Shown: positions 1-12,690 of the stretch, in pieces | How the letters are laid out: the number at the start of each line of letters is the position of its first letter | Numbering within the stretch: position 1 is the first letter of the stretch | Assembly: GCF_018350175.1 (NCBI RefSeq) | Contig: NC_058368.1 | Span: forward strand, 232,378,001 to 232,442,000 | Length of the DNA stretch: 64,000 bases | Source: Felis catus | Taxonomy: Eukaryota | Direction of reading: 5' to 3' | Program-made: the position numbers and the translations under genes | Notes under the pieces: generated by a model | Told to the model about the DNA's origin: nothing | The model's input: only the letters and a program-made list of their open reading frames with translations | The model's database searches: none

Positions 1-147
1 TTAACTCTTTAGTTAACATCTACTTTTTGCTTAGACCCTGTTTGTATGAAAAGATTTTATCTTATTTTTATTTCCTTCACATCTAATGTGTCTAATACAA
101 GACACAACAGGTCTTCCCAGAAAGCTAGATTAAAAATGAAATAAACT

Positions 148-330
148 GGGGCGCCTGGGTGGCTCAGTTAAGCGTCCAACTTTGGCTCAGGTCATGATCT
201 CACGGTTCATGGGTTCAAGCCCCGCATCGGGCTCTGTGCTGACAGTTCAGAGCCTGGAGCCTGCCTCGGATTCTGTATCCCTCTCTTTCTCTCTCTCTCA
301 AAAATAAATAAACATTTAAAAAATTAAAAA
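148..330 (+). mobile_element. Can-SINE (felid SINEC)
   Basis: GGGGCGCCTGGGTGGCTCAG head, B-box-like GGTTCAAGCCC, (CT)n tract, AATAAA/A-rich tail. Confidence 0.95.
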
Positions 331-593
331 TAGAATAAATAGAGTAGGATTCCACTTTTAGTGATCTACCATTCAATGCTTTGGAATCATATTATAAGAG
401 TCCCTGGCAACACACAGCTTGAGTTATACTCGCCTTGCAAGTTGACAGTTTGCTACAACTGGCCTTACCCAGCTCATTGTAGATGTGCCCCATGGAGTCG
501 TCAGGGGTATGAACTGATGGTGGGCGGTGTCCTGCCTCTTCGTAGATAAGATGGCCTATGGTCATGTTGTTTGAAGTCTCCAGATTGTTTTTA

Positions 594-827
594 TTTTATT
601 TATTTATTTATTTATTTATTTTTTCAACATTTATTTATTTTTGCGACAGAGAGAGACAGAGCATGAACGGGGGAGGGGCAGAGAGAGAGGGAGACACAGA
701 ATTGGAAACAGGCTCCAGGCTCTGAGCCATCAGCCCAGAGCCTGACGCGGGGCTCGAACTCACGGAACGCGAGATCGTGACCTGGCTGAAGTCGGACGCT
801 TAACTGACTGCACCACCCAGGCGCCCC
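594..827 (-). mobile_element. Young SINEC_Fc-type SINE
   Basis: Full-length reverse SINE, CpG-rich; flanking direct repeat GAAGTCTCCAGATTGTTTTTA at 573-593 and 829-849. Confidence 0.97.
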
Positions 828-2034
828 AGAAGTCTCCAGATTGTTTTTAATTGACGCAAAAGAAATATGGGAGTAGAAAACAGGTAGGAATACACAGAAG
901 GTTGGAGACGATTTAGAACCCTTTTCAAGAGAGACACAACACTGACATGGGCGACTTGCAGGGAAAATGGATGTTTTTTCCCCACAGCGAAGACAATGGC
1001 ATAACCAGTCACAACAGGAAAGATACTATTAGGCCTTAGAGAAAGACGTTCATCACCCGAACTGAGGAATTAAACGTCCAGGCTTCGTTAACACCAAGGG
1101 CAAGTTGACTCGTTCCATCTTTATCACCCTGATTAGACACCCCAGGTGTTCAACCAGATCTCATTTTATATCACTGTTTCTTGTAAAGTATGATGCCAGT
1201 AAAGCGAAATCGGTCTCAGCAGAACCCATAAGAACCATGATTTTAGCACAGCACTAAAATCGACCCCCTGAAGTCTATTCTGAAAGAGTCTGTGTCTCAT
1301 GTTCTCATCTACAGAAATGCGTACTTGACAACTCAAGTGAGGAAATCAAACGGACATTATGTGAAGTCAGTGAATTAGAGAGAAATCTGAGTCTAATGAA
1401 AATATGAAAAAGATACAGCCAGGAACAGCAGCTGACAAGTAACCACCGTCATGCACTTTGGGATGCCATTCGGGTGACTGAATTGCCTTCAGAATAAAGG
1501 GCATTATGACAAAAATGCCAAAGGACTCCAAAAATATTAATTTATTCATAGAAATAAGACTATCCAAAAAGCAGTCTGCGATGTCTTTATATGACTCTAG
1601 AATTCATAGAAAAGCCCACTTTCAAATAAATTAAAAAAAAAGATTATGTATTCCGACTTGAATTCACTTTCCACATACCTTATGATTTCTGGTTGATATG
1701 GAAATTACTTAGATTCAGTCTTAGAACTCTATTGCTTTTGAAGACAAGAGTTTATGCGTGGATGGAGGCAGAGCATCAGTGCAGTGAGGGCACATTTCCG
1801 TGTGCTTATACAGACACCAGAGTCCAATTAAACCTTGGACTTGTGGGGAAGACGGAGCAGGTGTGAGAAAAACATTCTCTCTATCTCACCTGTATTTTAT
1901 ACATATAATATATCTTAAGGAAAAAATATTCTGAACACCCTGACTATGAAAACATGCCTGTAATTTACTTATCCAAAGTTAAGTAGCAAATACGTGTATA
2001 TCTGCTTGCATGATTCTCTAATGAAAAGAAAATG

Positions 2035-2162
2035 GGGGCACCTGGGTGGCGCAGTCTGTTAAACATCTGACTTTTGTTTTCAGCCCAGGTCATGATCTTC
2101 TGGTTTGGAGATCTTTGAGCTCCGTGTTGGGCTCTGCACTGACAACGTGGAGCCTGCTTGGG

Positions 2163-2208
<46 letters not shown>

Positions 2209-2255
2209 CTGCCCCATCTCTTTCTCTCAAAATAAATAAGTAACCTTAAAAAAAA
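2035..2255 (+). mobile_element. Can-SINE
   Basis: SINE head, long (CT)n, A tail; TSD GAAAAGAAAATG at 2023-2034 and 2256-2267. Confidence 0.95.
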
Positions 2256-2394
2256 GAAAAGAAAATGTTGGGAGAAAAGTAGCAATTCATATTCTTGTCC
2301 TGAGTTGTGAAGGCCAAAATAATCAACATTAGGCAAATTATAAAGACATGAAATTGTGAATGGTCACTAAAATTTTGGAACAAGTACTCTGGAA

Positions 2395-2560
2395 CTCAGC
2401 AGCATAAAGCAAACATTTATTATGATGATATATTCTGTGGGTCTGGAATTTAAACAGCGAACACTGGGGACAACTGATCTCTTCTCCATGATATCCAGGT
2501 CCTCATATGGGAGGCCCAAAGGCTAGAGTCATTTGAGGATTAATTCACTCATATTGCCCC
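2395..2560 (-). mobile_element. MLT1-like (ERVL-MaLR) LTR fragment
   Basis: AAACATTTATT...TTCTGTGGGTCTGGAATTT motif resembles reversed MLT1 LTRs (recalled consensus). Confidence 0.45.
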
Positions 2561-2696
2561 TATGGGTCAGACGTCCCATGAATAAGTGACTCACAGGTAC
2601 AGCATAAATGGAGTAATGCCTAGAAGCAGGCCCAGTTACAGTTAAAGTTTAACAAGGACCTTTCTTTGCAATGTTTGGTTTTATTTAACTTCTTTT

Positions 2697-2935
2697 CTTT
2701 CTTTTCTTTTCTTTCCTTTCCTCTCCTATTCTTTTATGTTTACGTGTTTATTTTTTGAGGGAGAGAGAGATGGCAGGCCGTGGAGGGGCAGAGAGAGAGG
2801 GAGAGAGAGAGAGAATCTTGCAGAGAGAATCAGTGCAGAGCCTGACATGGGGCTTGAACTCACAAAGTGTGAGATCATGACCTGAATCAAAATCACGAGT
2901 CTGATGCTTAATGGACTGAGCCACCCAGATGCCCC
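2697..2935 (-). mobile_element. Can-SINE
   Basis: Reverse SINE with (CTTTT)n-derived tail; TSD TTATTTAACTTCTTTT at 2681-2696 and 2936-2951. Confidence 0.95.
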
Positions 2936-3249
2936 TTATTTAACTTCTTTTAGATAAACAGAGGCAGCAGAATAACACATTAGGCATACCAACAAATGGA
3001 ATTCCTTTATAGGAGGGGAAAATTATAATACTGTATTTATTCACTGATTAAATGAGACAGACAGCTTCCAAGTCGGCATACGTATAGCTTCTAAGACAGG
3101 GGCAAATGTAGATTGAGGACAGACCTCCTCTATCACAATCATGAATGCACCTCTATCCGCCAGGACAGTTCTTGGTTCCTAGTAGGCATGTGATAAACAT
3201 TACATTCAATATATTAAGCAAGTGATTGGTTGGTGGGAGAGGCCAAAGG

Positions 3250-3410
3250 GCAGAGAACATGGTACTGGGAATCAAGAGGTGGTGCCGTAGCCCCAGTACT
3301 GACACTACCTGGCTGTCTAAATTTGGGGATATATTGAACCTTCTGGGACTAATTTTTACAAGATGAGCAGAGATTAGATGATCCCCAGGGCCCTTTAGCT
3401 CTTACAAAGT
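3250..3410 (+). mobile_element. MIR/MIR3 fragment
   Basis: Degenerate MIR core and 3' motif GATTAGATGATCCCCAGGGCCCTTTAGCTCT. Confidence 0.45.
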
Positions 3411-4819
3411 GAAGTTAATGAAGCATCTAAATAATGTGGCCCAGAGGGGAACGGAGCAATGCTCAGTCATTGCTGGGCACATAGTAGCCTCTTCTGCTCG
3501 GTCTCGCAGGGGTCCAGGAGATGAGCTCAGAGTTACCACAGCTCAGAAGCTGACCTCTGGTGGCTCCCACACATGGGCTGTGTCTTCCAACCCAAGAAGG
3601 TGAAGACAAATGTACCAGGTAGAGGAAAGTTTTTGCCCTCCTCTTCCCCACTCTTCCCCACAAGGGCTGTCCTTGTCTTTAACCGCAATGGCAAAGCATG
3701 ATGTGTTAAGTGACCAGGGGTACTTAAGGGCCTTTGAACCATGGCCCTCCCAAAGAGAAAGCAGGATGTCCCGGGCACTCGGAGCCTGAGGGCCCTGCCG
3801 ACCTGCTCCATGGCAGAGAGTTCCAGGGTTTTAGCTGAGGCTTTGCTTCCGGCCACTTTCTTTGCTGAAAGCAATAACGTCCCCGTGGGTTGCCTTTTCC
3901 CTTGAGCATGGGTTTCTTTGTACATCTGGAAATTCTGGATTACATACTGGATATTATGACTGAGACGTCATAACAACTATGAATTTTCATATGTTTCTCT
4001 CAAAACTGTTAATTTAATTTTCTTTGTTTTGACTAAATTCAAATTCCCTCCTGTCTCCCCAGAAATAGGCAGCATTTGAAATCTCTGGTCTGTTCTTTTA
4101 TTCTTAGCTGAGCTGACTCAGTCTACACGTAGAGCTACACGTGAGTTGGTAAGGCATCAACCAGGGATGTGGGCAGAGTTGATGCACAAAAATGTGGCAC
4201 CTCCACTGTGGTTTCTCAGGATTTCCTTCCTCTCTTTTCTGTTGCCATGTTTGCTTTGGACTTTGTCTTCTCATTTCTCAAGCTCACAAGACCTTGTGTT
4301 TTTCTCTGAGTTTTAGATGCCCAGCATGGCCCTGGCAGAAGCCTGCCCTCACCTATAAGCTGTCAAAAATGGGAACTCAACCAGTCTTCTTCCCTTCATC
4401 TGAGTTTCAACTCACGGTTACTGGGTCTCTAGAGAGCTCGGCCACTCACAAGCAGGTGAACTGAACTAAGAATTGAAGCAACCAGTCTTCCTACACTTCA
4501 GCTAAGTGTTCGTGGTCTATACCTGTCTTCTACCACAGAGATTTAAAAAACTTAGCCCCTTCATACCAAGATGATGTTCACTTGATGTCTTAACTCTCCT
4601 TACACATCACTCACACACATTTAAGAAGGGGGGCACTTAAATTCAAGATTAATTGAAGTTGGCTAGATGCAAAGCATTGAATGAGTCTCTAATGCTTTCA
4701 TCCAAGTTGGGTCACTTTTGGGAGTTAAGGAATGTTAGTAAAGATCGTATCAAGACAGCCAATGTCAAGTGCGATGTTTTGGGCAATTGTATGGATTAGG
4801 TTCATTTGTACTTCCCCAC

Positions 4820-5110
4820 TGCTTTAGTTTCCCAGGATGCCACAACAAAGCATCACATCCTGGGTGGCTTAACATGACAGAAATGTATTGTCTTACAGTT
4901 CTGGAAGGTAAAAGTCTGAAATCAAGGTGTTGGCATGGCCATACTCCCTCCAAAAACTGTAAGGGAACCCTCCTTTGCTCCTTGCTACTTTGGGTGCTTT
5001 TCTGACAATAATACTCATTCTTTGAGTAAATACATTGGAATAAATACATCACTCCAATCCCTAAATTCACATGGTGTTCTCCCCCATGTCTCTGTCTGCA
5101 TTTGGACAAC
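4820..5110 (-). mobile_element. MLT1 (ERVL-MaLR) LTR
   Basis: GGGTGGCTTAA...CAGAAATGTATTGTCTTACAGTTCTGGA...AAGTCTGAAATCAAGGTGTTGGCA is the reversed MLT1 3' half. Confidence 0.8.
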
Positions 5111-5963
5111 CTCTGATACAATCCTACCTCTTTTTATGTCTCCTTTTTCCATTTGCAGTAGAAAACTGGTATGAACTCAAGTAGCCAATATAATGTTTTC
5201 CTGAGGTAAGGTATAGACAAGAAGAAAAGGCAGAAGTCCAGATTTCAAATGCTATTCCTTCCAAAACAATGACTGGGGGAGATCATGATGGCACATCCCA
5301 ATTGCAGGTCTACACTTGCACTGCACCTCAATATTGTCCAGTGATGGTAAATATAATCCCTCATCATCTTTGACACATCACCAAGTTATTGTACAATTTA
5401 AACAAAGATGAATTATGGAAGTGAACAATCTTGTTGTCCTCAGTAAACATGCCACAGAATAGAGTCAAATGCTCAAGGGGTTTGCATGAGTTGGGATATT
5501 CCATTTTGGCACAACTAGTTTTTCATTTCTAACAATTGTAGGTCATTCTCATCAGGTAAGAACAAAGGATTTTAACCTCTGAAAACTTAGAATTCTGGAG
5601 CAGTGACAGTATTAAAAAAATTCATCTGATTAGAATATTCATATGACCCAATTTTTAGTTCATTACCCATCAGTGTTATGGCCCAGTTTTATTCTTCCAT
5701 TCTAATACTTTTCCTTTTCAATCTTGTACAAGATTATCTATTCACATTGTACTTATTTGGAACATTCACAAACATACCTCAAAGTCTGAATCTTCTTCCT
5801 TATCTGTGCTTTGAGCAAAATTTTAACTGAGCCATTTTACCAATTGATTTTACTGCAGACATCAGATCTAGGGTCACAAGTCCCTGCCCACAAGAACAAC
5901 CTGGATTTCAGAAGGCTTCTCTTTGATTGCAGTAGTGATATCGAAGTGTGTTTGAATGCTTAG

Positions 5964-5966
<3 letters not shown>

Positions 5967-6006
<40 letters not shown>
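5967..6006. repeat. (GT)20 microsatellite
   Basis: Perfect GT run. Confidence 0.98.
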
Positions 6007-6009
<3 letters not shown>

Positions 6010-6289
6010 GATACTGACCTCTCCACTCTTGTATCTTCTTAGGTCCGGGGAACTCACACATGCTGGTTACCCACCTGACACTGTGGACGTTTAGTTTGAA
6101 TCCCTGCTATAAAAGTTGATTCACACATCTTAAGAGAGGGACACTCTCAGAGGGCAGATTTTCTACAACTATGCAGGTCCAATACCCAACAAGGGTAGAG
6201 TTAAAGAACTTGCTTTCAAGACACTGCCCAGTGCTTGAATCCCAGGAAATAGGCAATGGGGACTTGGGAGGCAGGGACAGACAGGTGTG

Positions 6290-6465
6290 CAGAGCCTGGA
6301 TTGGGGTCAGACCACCTGACTCTGATCCCTGCCACCACCCGCCATGTACATTTTGGACATTTTATGGGAACTAATGAGGTCTTGGATCCTTCATCTGTAA
6401 AATCAGAAATTGTGGCAGCATTATTACTGTGATTAAGTTGTATGTGAAATGGCAGATAGTAATAT
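6290..6465 (+). mobile_element. MIR fragment
   Basis: Core motif CCTTCATCTGTAAAAT with degenerate MIR flanks. Confidence 0.55.
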
Positions 6466-6562
6466 TGCTTCAATATTATTGATAATAATAAAAATGACAA
6501 AGTTATTAAATTATTGACTAAAATATAAGATGGATGAAGATGACTAAGTCATTGTTTCAGCA

Positions 6563-6777
6563 TATTTTTAAATGTTTATTTATTTTTGAGAAAGAGAGAG
6601 AGAGACAGATTGCAAGAGGGGGAGGGGAAGAGAGAGAGGGAGACACAGAATTCAAAGCAGGCTCCAGGCTCTGAGCTGTCAGCACAGAGCCCGATGGGGG
6701 GCTTGAACACATGAACCGTGAGATCATGACCTGAGGTGAAGTTGGAACCTTAACCAACTGAGCCACCCAGGTGCCCC
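6563..6777 (-). mobile_element. Can-SINE
   Basis: Full-length reverse SINE; flanking repeat TGACTAAGTCATT at 6541-6553 and 6782-6794. Confidence 0.95.
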
Positions 6778-9434
6778 AAATTGACTAAGTCATTAAAATC
6801 CCAGAAGATGTCCCAATAGAGTTATATTAATACAATACAGTTTATGGGGTGTGTTTTTGCTTGATTTCATTGCAGACATTATTGAGAAACTCTTCTTAAA
6901 TTAGTTGTATTTTGACAAATGTTGATTTTCCTAGTAAATAGTGGATGGGAATTATATCAAGTTTACATTCTCAACTTATTGGCTTGCAGTATTGTTTACC
7001 TTTACAGCAGGTTTGTGTTTCTTTTCTAAGTCTTAAAGGTCAAACTTTGTAACTTTCAGCAGGACAGGGAGCCATAAGAGGAAACCATGACTTTCCTACG
7101 TGTCTGGGTCCTGTCTGCTGTTTCTTCTGGACAAACTTTCCCATATTTGTCCAGTGTGTTGGAGTAAATTGGTTTGGGCTTCTTGGACACATTCGTCACA
7201 AAGTTCCATGGATTTCTGAACTGAGTCCCTTATGATATTGAAAGTATGAATAAATTGAGTCTTTGAGAATTCATTCCAGTATTTTTACGTGTGAATTTGA
7301 ATATCTATGTGTAGATTTTTTGAAGATTTTCCTTCTAGCCATTTTTTCCTTTTATAAAAAAAATGTGTATTTTTCTATGCTTTACCAATCTCTTGGATCC
7401 TACTTGTTTTTCCAAAGATTTTCCAAAGATAATTGCTGGAAACCCCACAACTATGTCTTTATAGCCACATTCTTGGCAGACTCCCAAATAAAAGTTCACT
7501 TGGAGCTCACAGATTTCTCAAGCATCATGCAAACGAGACCTTGATACACACATTCCAGATGATTCCCCAAGTAGGACGTTTCCACTCTGAATATGGCTGT
7601 CTTCACCTGTATCAGAGTGATGTCCCAGCTCAGAAACAATGTAGATGACCTCCGACTAGCTATATGACCTTCACACGGTGGGAAAGAAGATCAGAGAATG
7701 ATTTGATTATCTAATCAACACACAAACCTTTCTACCTCTTGAAGCCCCAAAGAAAATAAGACAAATCGCCGACTGTGGTTTTAATAATTGGTTCCAATAG
7801 TGTCAGTTTAAGGTTGACGATTTTCAACAGTAATTTAGTTAAGTGGTTCTTAAAATCTGGTGCTAGAACTAGTTAGAAGCAGAAGCAATATGGCCTGTAA
7901 ATTAGCTGTTGCTTTTGGATTCGAGGGGTGCTAAGTGCCAACAGAGAGGGAAGTTTGGTGAGAGCGTATAATGTTCTGGTCGGAAATAAATGCTCCAGGA
8001 GGTAGTGATACATTTGAGACGATTAACAGAAATTTAAACTTTCCCTGGTAGATACAGGTGCGGGAAGAAGGGCATAGGGGGCTCATTCCATCAGATTTAA
8101 AGTCCTGAGACACAAGGAAAATAATTTTGGAAAATTACTCAAGGCGTAAGAGAATTCAACATTTATTTCTAGATGTATAAATGTGCTTGTCCTTAACTGA
8201 TGCTCCTAAATTACTTTCTGAAGAATAAGACTGGCAATTTATGTATGGAATATGGAATATATATATACGTCATATAATCAGACGCTTTTCTTGTCAGTGT
8301 GAAACATGACCAACGAATTCCAAAAATTATAAAAGTTTTTAAAATGATGTTTTAAACATAGACTAAGTTGGTTATATTTGAAGTGACTACAAGTAAGGAC
8401 ATAGTGAGAAAGCTGAGTTCTTTCTCAAAGGGGGATGGAAAATGAGGAGAAGACTTCACAGCAAGCCAGGTGGGAGAGAATGAGTTTCTTTCAAGATGTC
8501 GTCTGTGTTGTGGTGCCGGCCTAGACAACAGCTGCCGTGTGACCTGTTCGTATCAGGACCGCCGTGGGAAGGAAAGATCTTGTGTTTTACCGGAGATTGA
8601 AGCTCCGCTAATTTTCCTGATGCAAAATTATTTAATTGTGATCTGACAATATCAACTATCCGAAGAATCCTAATTTGTCTTCCGTTGACAAAGAACAACC
8701 GAAATGAGTAGGTCCAATAAAAGGAAAGTGAGCACATTTTCCAGATGCAAAGAGAATGAATCCATTTTTCCAAATCATGACTTCAAAATTAGCTACGCAG
8801 ACACCCGCAGGGATAGTTCTCTGATGGCTGAGAACTGTGTGTTAGTGAATCGGTGCACATTTATTTTTTGCGTGAGCTGCTCTTGACTTGTTCTTTTTCC
8901 CTCCTTTGGGGGTGGGCCGTGTTTGCCGAAAGAAGGATGCCTCAAAGGGAAATGTGCACGGCTGGTTATCCATTTTGCAACTGGGGGAGAAGAGGTACCT
9001 GCTGAACGCAGTTTAAAATGGGAAGTGAGAGTTCAGTGGCTCCCAGAGCAGAAATAGCATCAGGCATCACTAAAATCAGGGGTTCTGGCATTTTCAGTGG
9101 GTACCTCTGTCTCCCCATCTCTCCCCTGCTTCCTGGGTGGATATATACACCCATATACTGTACATCTCTCCCCTCCGGCTGGCAACTCTCACACATCTTC
9201 TTTCTCAGTTCGCCCCTGCCACCTTCCTGCCATCTTCCCACCCACTCTTGCCCCACAGTACCTAAGGAACACGGTCATCACAGCCCAGACGGAGAATGGA
9301 GGCCTTTCCCGGGGCCCACCTGCTGACTAGTCAGTCCCTGCTTGAGAGTTCCCTTCCAGATCACAGCTCACCCTTCACAATACCCTAAATGCTGTGAATC
9401 TTGGCTTTCACTCTGAAGTTAATTAGTGATTCAT

Positions 9435-9645
9435 TCTTTTACTGTTTATTTATTTTGAGAGAGAGAAGGAGTGCATGTGCATGTGCAAGTGGGGGAGGAG
9501 CAGAGAGAGGGAGAAAGATGATCTTAAGCAGGCTCCATTCTCAGTGCAGGAGCCCGACATGGGGCTCGGTCCCACGACCCTGGGATTGTGACCTGAGCCA
9601 AAACCAAAAGTTGGACATTTAACTGACTGAGCCACCCAGGCACCC
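9435..9645 (-). mobile_element. Can-SINE
   Basis: Reverse SINE ending ACTGAGCCACCCAGGCACCC. Confidence 0.93.
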
Positions 9646-9698
9646 TGAAGAACTTATATATATATACACACCCATATACTGTACATCTCCATATACTC

Positions 9699-9701
<3 letters not shown>

Positions 9702-9781
<80 letters not shown>
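9702..9781. repeat. Compound (TG)n(TA)n microsatellite
   Basis: Adjacent TG and TA runs at the tail of the downstream SINE. Confidence 0.97.
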
Positions 9782-9784
<3 letters not shown>

Positions 9785-9817
9785 GAGCACAGGTGGGGGA
9801 GAAGGGCAAAGGGGGGG

Positions 9818-9859
<42 letters not shown>

Positions 9860-9982
9860 CCCAAGCAGGCTCCACACTCAGTACGGAGCCTGACATAGGG
9901 CTTGATCTCATGATCTTGGGATCATGATCTGAGCCAAAATCAAGAGTCAGCCACTTAACTCACTGAGCCACCCAGGTGCCCC
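9782..9982 (-). mobile_element. Can-SINE
   Basis: Reverse SINE with (GA)n tract, ending CACCCAGGTGCCCC. Confidence 0.93.
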
Positions 9983-10067
9983 GGTTATGCATTATTAATT
10001 CATGTCCAGTATCAGTTATTTAAGTAAACAATGAATATAGAACTATACCCTAACCACAAAGGAAACT

Positions 10068-10590
10068 GTGGAAGACACTGATTGGTTTACCCAATATTTA
10101 CTACCATTCTTCCAGTGCTAAAGAAACTCCTATGCTAGTTGAGCAGACTTGTGTTCAGCTAATAATCTCAATTTTCCAGACTCCCTTCTTCCTAGTGGTG
10201 ACCATGTGATGTAGTTTCTCCAATAAGAAATAATCAGACTATTTTTGGGGGGCGGTGGGACTTCTGGGAAAGCCATTATTTTCTTTCATAGAAAGGGTCA
10301 GACTTAGCTATCACACTCTTTGGGCCCTTTCTTCCTTTCCTTTTTGCTGCTTGAAATACAGATGTGATGCCTAGAAGCACAGCAGCCATTCTGTGAGCAT
10401 GAGGATGAAAGTCAAACATTAAGGATCACAGATCAGAAACGTAGGAGGAACATGGTTCCCTAGTTCAGTTTGGAGATACTCTTTCCATCCAGAGTATATA
10501 CCTCTACCCTTCTGTTGCCTATGGAGAATACGTAATTGGTTGAATCACTTCATTCAATTTATATTACTTGCAGTGGAAGGTAACTCTGAT
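10068..10590 (+). mobile_element. Ancient ERVL-class solo LTR (LTR16/LTR33-like)
   Basis: Motifs GACCATGTGATGTAGTT and GATGTGATGCCTAGAAGCACAGCAGCCATTCTGTGAGCATGAGG resemble recalled LTR16/33 consensus. Confidence 0.55.
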
Positions 10591-10784
10591 AAAATGTAAA
10601 AAATAATCTGAGGAAAAGTAGATTCTGGACATCTTAATAATCATCGTGAAAGAAAGCAACCAAATGTGACCATAGGTACTTCTTAGAAGCTAAGTCAGGG
10701 AGGAAACATAGAGCTAGATAGATGTAGGGTAATTGCTGTCTACTCAATTTTTCTTTAAACTCCCTCTGGTTGCATTTAACTTTT

Positions 10785-10785
10785 T

Positions 10786-10822
<37 letters not shown>

Positions 10823-10888
10823 ATCTTATCTTCTCTTGCTATAACACACACACACACACACACACACACCCATCTTCTCTTCTCTTGA
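10785..10888. repeat. Tandemly duplicated (CA)n microsatellite unit
   Basis: Two copies of TATAA(CA)n-CCCATCTT(A/C)TCTTCTCTTG. Confidence 0.9.
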
Positions 10889-12440
10889 TATATCTTCTCT
10901 TGAGTCTCAATAGTCTCACTGGTTATTCCGATTGTAAGCTTGGTGAGACAGATGTTGGAAGGAAACAACAAACCTTTTCCCCATTCTCTTTGAGGGAAAT
11001 CAAAGAAGAAAGAACATGCCCAAATCAGAAAGAACTCAAATTCTTAGCAGTTGTCTTTATTGTCAAGTGGTTAGAATGAATCATTTTCTGTTTTGTCCTC
11101 TTAAACACAAATTACAAAGACCAGTGAACATTGATAACTGAGGCCTGAAATGGAGGCCATCTTTACCTGAATTATCCATTTTGGCAATTACCCTCTTTGA
11201 CAGTAACTGCATGATTTCAGAATTTCTTCCTCAATTTGATCTGATCAGCCTTCAGAAGAAGTCACTACGAATCGATCTGTATGTATATAAACTGTTATAA
11301 ATGTGTGATATCTTAACTCATAAACCAAATATTGTACTCGTGTTCCATGTGCTAAAATTGTATAAGAATTAATCAGAGCACCTTCTGTATCTGAATGAGT
11401 TAAGGAATTTTCACCATGCTCAAAACGACATGAATCAGACATCGAATAACTTTCTGCCATTTGCTTTTTCCTTTGTACTCATACCCGCCTCCTCTTTGCT
11501 AAGAATCATGTGTGCGGCTTCAAGAGGTAGGATGTAGAGTAGCAAAGTGGGAATTTTGTTTCTCCTTTTTTTCTTGGAATCACAATTCCACATCTGTTCG
11601 TGAGAAATACATGAGCAAAATAAGAAGTTTAAGGGTTGAAAAAGATAAATAGCTAGTGAACAACAAAAATGAAATACATGTCTTACCTTGGAAATGTTAC
11701 ATGTGTGAAGGGTCTAAAACTAAGAATATCGTTCTTTACATGGTGTCCATTGACTAAATATAAACTTGGAGGTTTGCCAAATTATCTGACACAGACACAG
11801 ACACACACAAACAATGTAACAGTATTTATATTTTTAATATAGTGTCATAGGCAATATAACATTTTACAACAGCACGAGTTCCATTTTTGTCAAATTGGTG
11901 GAAGAAAGTGAACCCATTGTGGCAATCACTGCTTCTGCCTACCTGGTATTCATTATTCCCATCTTTGTTATTGACAAAACCCTCTTTTCCGGAGTGAGGG
12001 GTGTGTGTAACATGTTCCCAGCTAAAATACTCATCCATCTTACCTGTGTGAGCCAGAGACACATATCCAGACAGTCAGGCACAATGCCCAAATGGAGCCA
12101 CCAAAGTTCAGGGGAAGAAAACTATCTGTTTGCACTTTTCCTTGCCCAGAATGTGAACTGGCTGTCCTGTCCCCCTACGCTGGAAGCCACATGCTGGAAT
12201 GGACAGTCAGAAGGACCCTTGGTCTCTGAGCAACCAGACTGCACCCCTGGACTTCTTATTTGAGGAAGAGGAAACCCTACAGTGTTCACACCAATCTTAG
12301 GGATATTTAGAACTTATAGCAATGACAGCTGGCTTTTGCACACCCCTACTCAGGAAAGTGGTATTGTCTCACTGAAATAAGCCATTTTTGGTGGATCATA
12401 ATCCTAAATAAAAGCTTAGATTTTCCAGTTGCTCAAATTG

Positions 12441-12480
12441 TTCTTTCTTATTATTCTTAAAAATTTTTTTTAAGTTTTTA

Positions 12481-12511
<31 letters not shown>

Positions 12512-12690
12512 ATGCAACTGGAGGAGGGGAAGATAGAGAGGGAGACAAAGAACCCAAAGCAGGCTCCAGGCTGCAAGCTGTCAGCACAGAGCCCAATGCC
12601 TGACGTGGGACTCGAATGCATGAGCTGTGACATCATGACTTGAGCTGAAGTCAGACACGCTTAACGTTAACCGCCTGAGCCATCCAGGCG
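12441..12690 (-). mobile_element. Can-SINE
   Basis: Reverse SINE with (GA)n tract and small internal duplications. Confidence 0.92.

Noticed and set aside
975..1106. Acceptor TTTTTTCCCCACAG with a possible GC donor about 110 bp later
   Set aside because: All three frames contain stops; a non-coding exon cannot be supported without transcript data.
1965..2336. ORFs overlapping SINEs (MAQSVK..., ERERER..., SLSLSL...) throughout the window
   Set aside because: These are incidental translations of SINE bodies and microsatellites, not genes.
11688..11786. Minus-strand exon-like segment (TGTCAG acceptor, AAG|GTAAGA donor)
   Set aside because: Stops in all three frames; splice-like motifs are frequent by chance.
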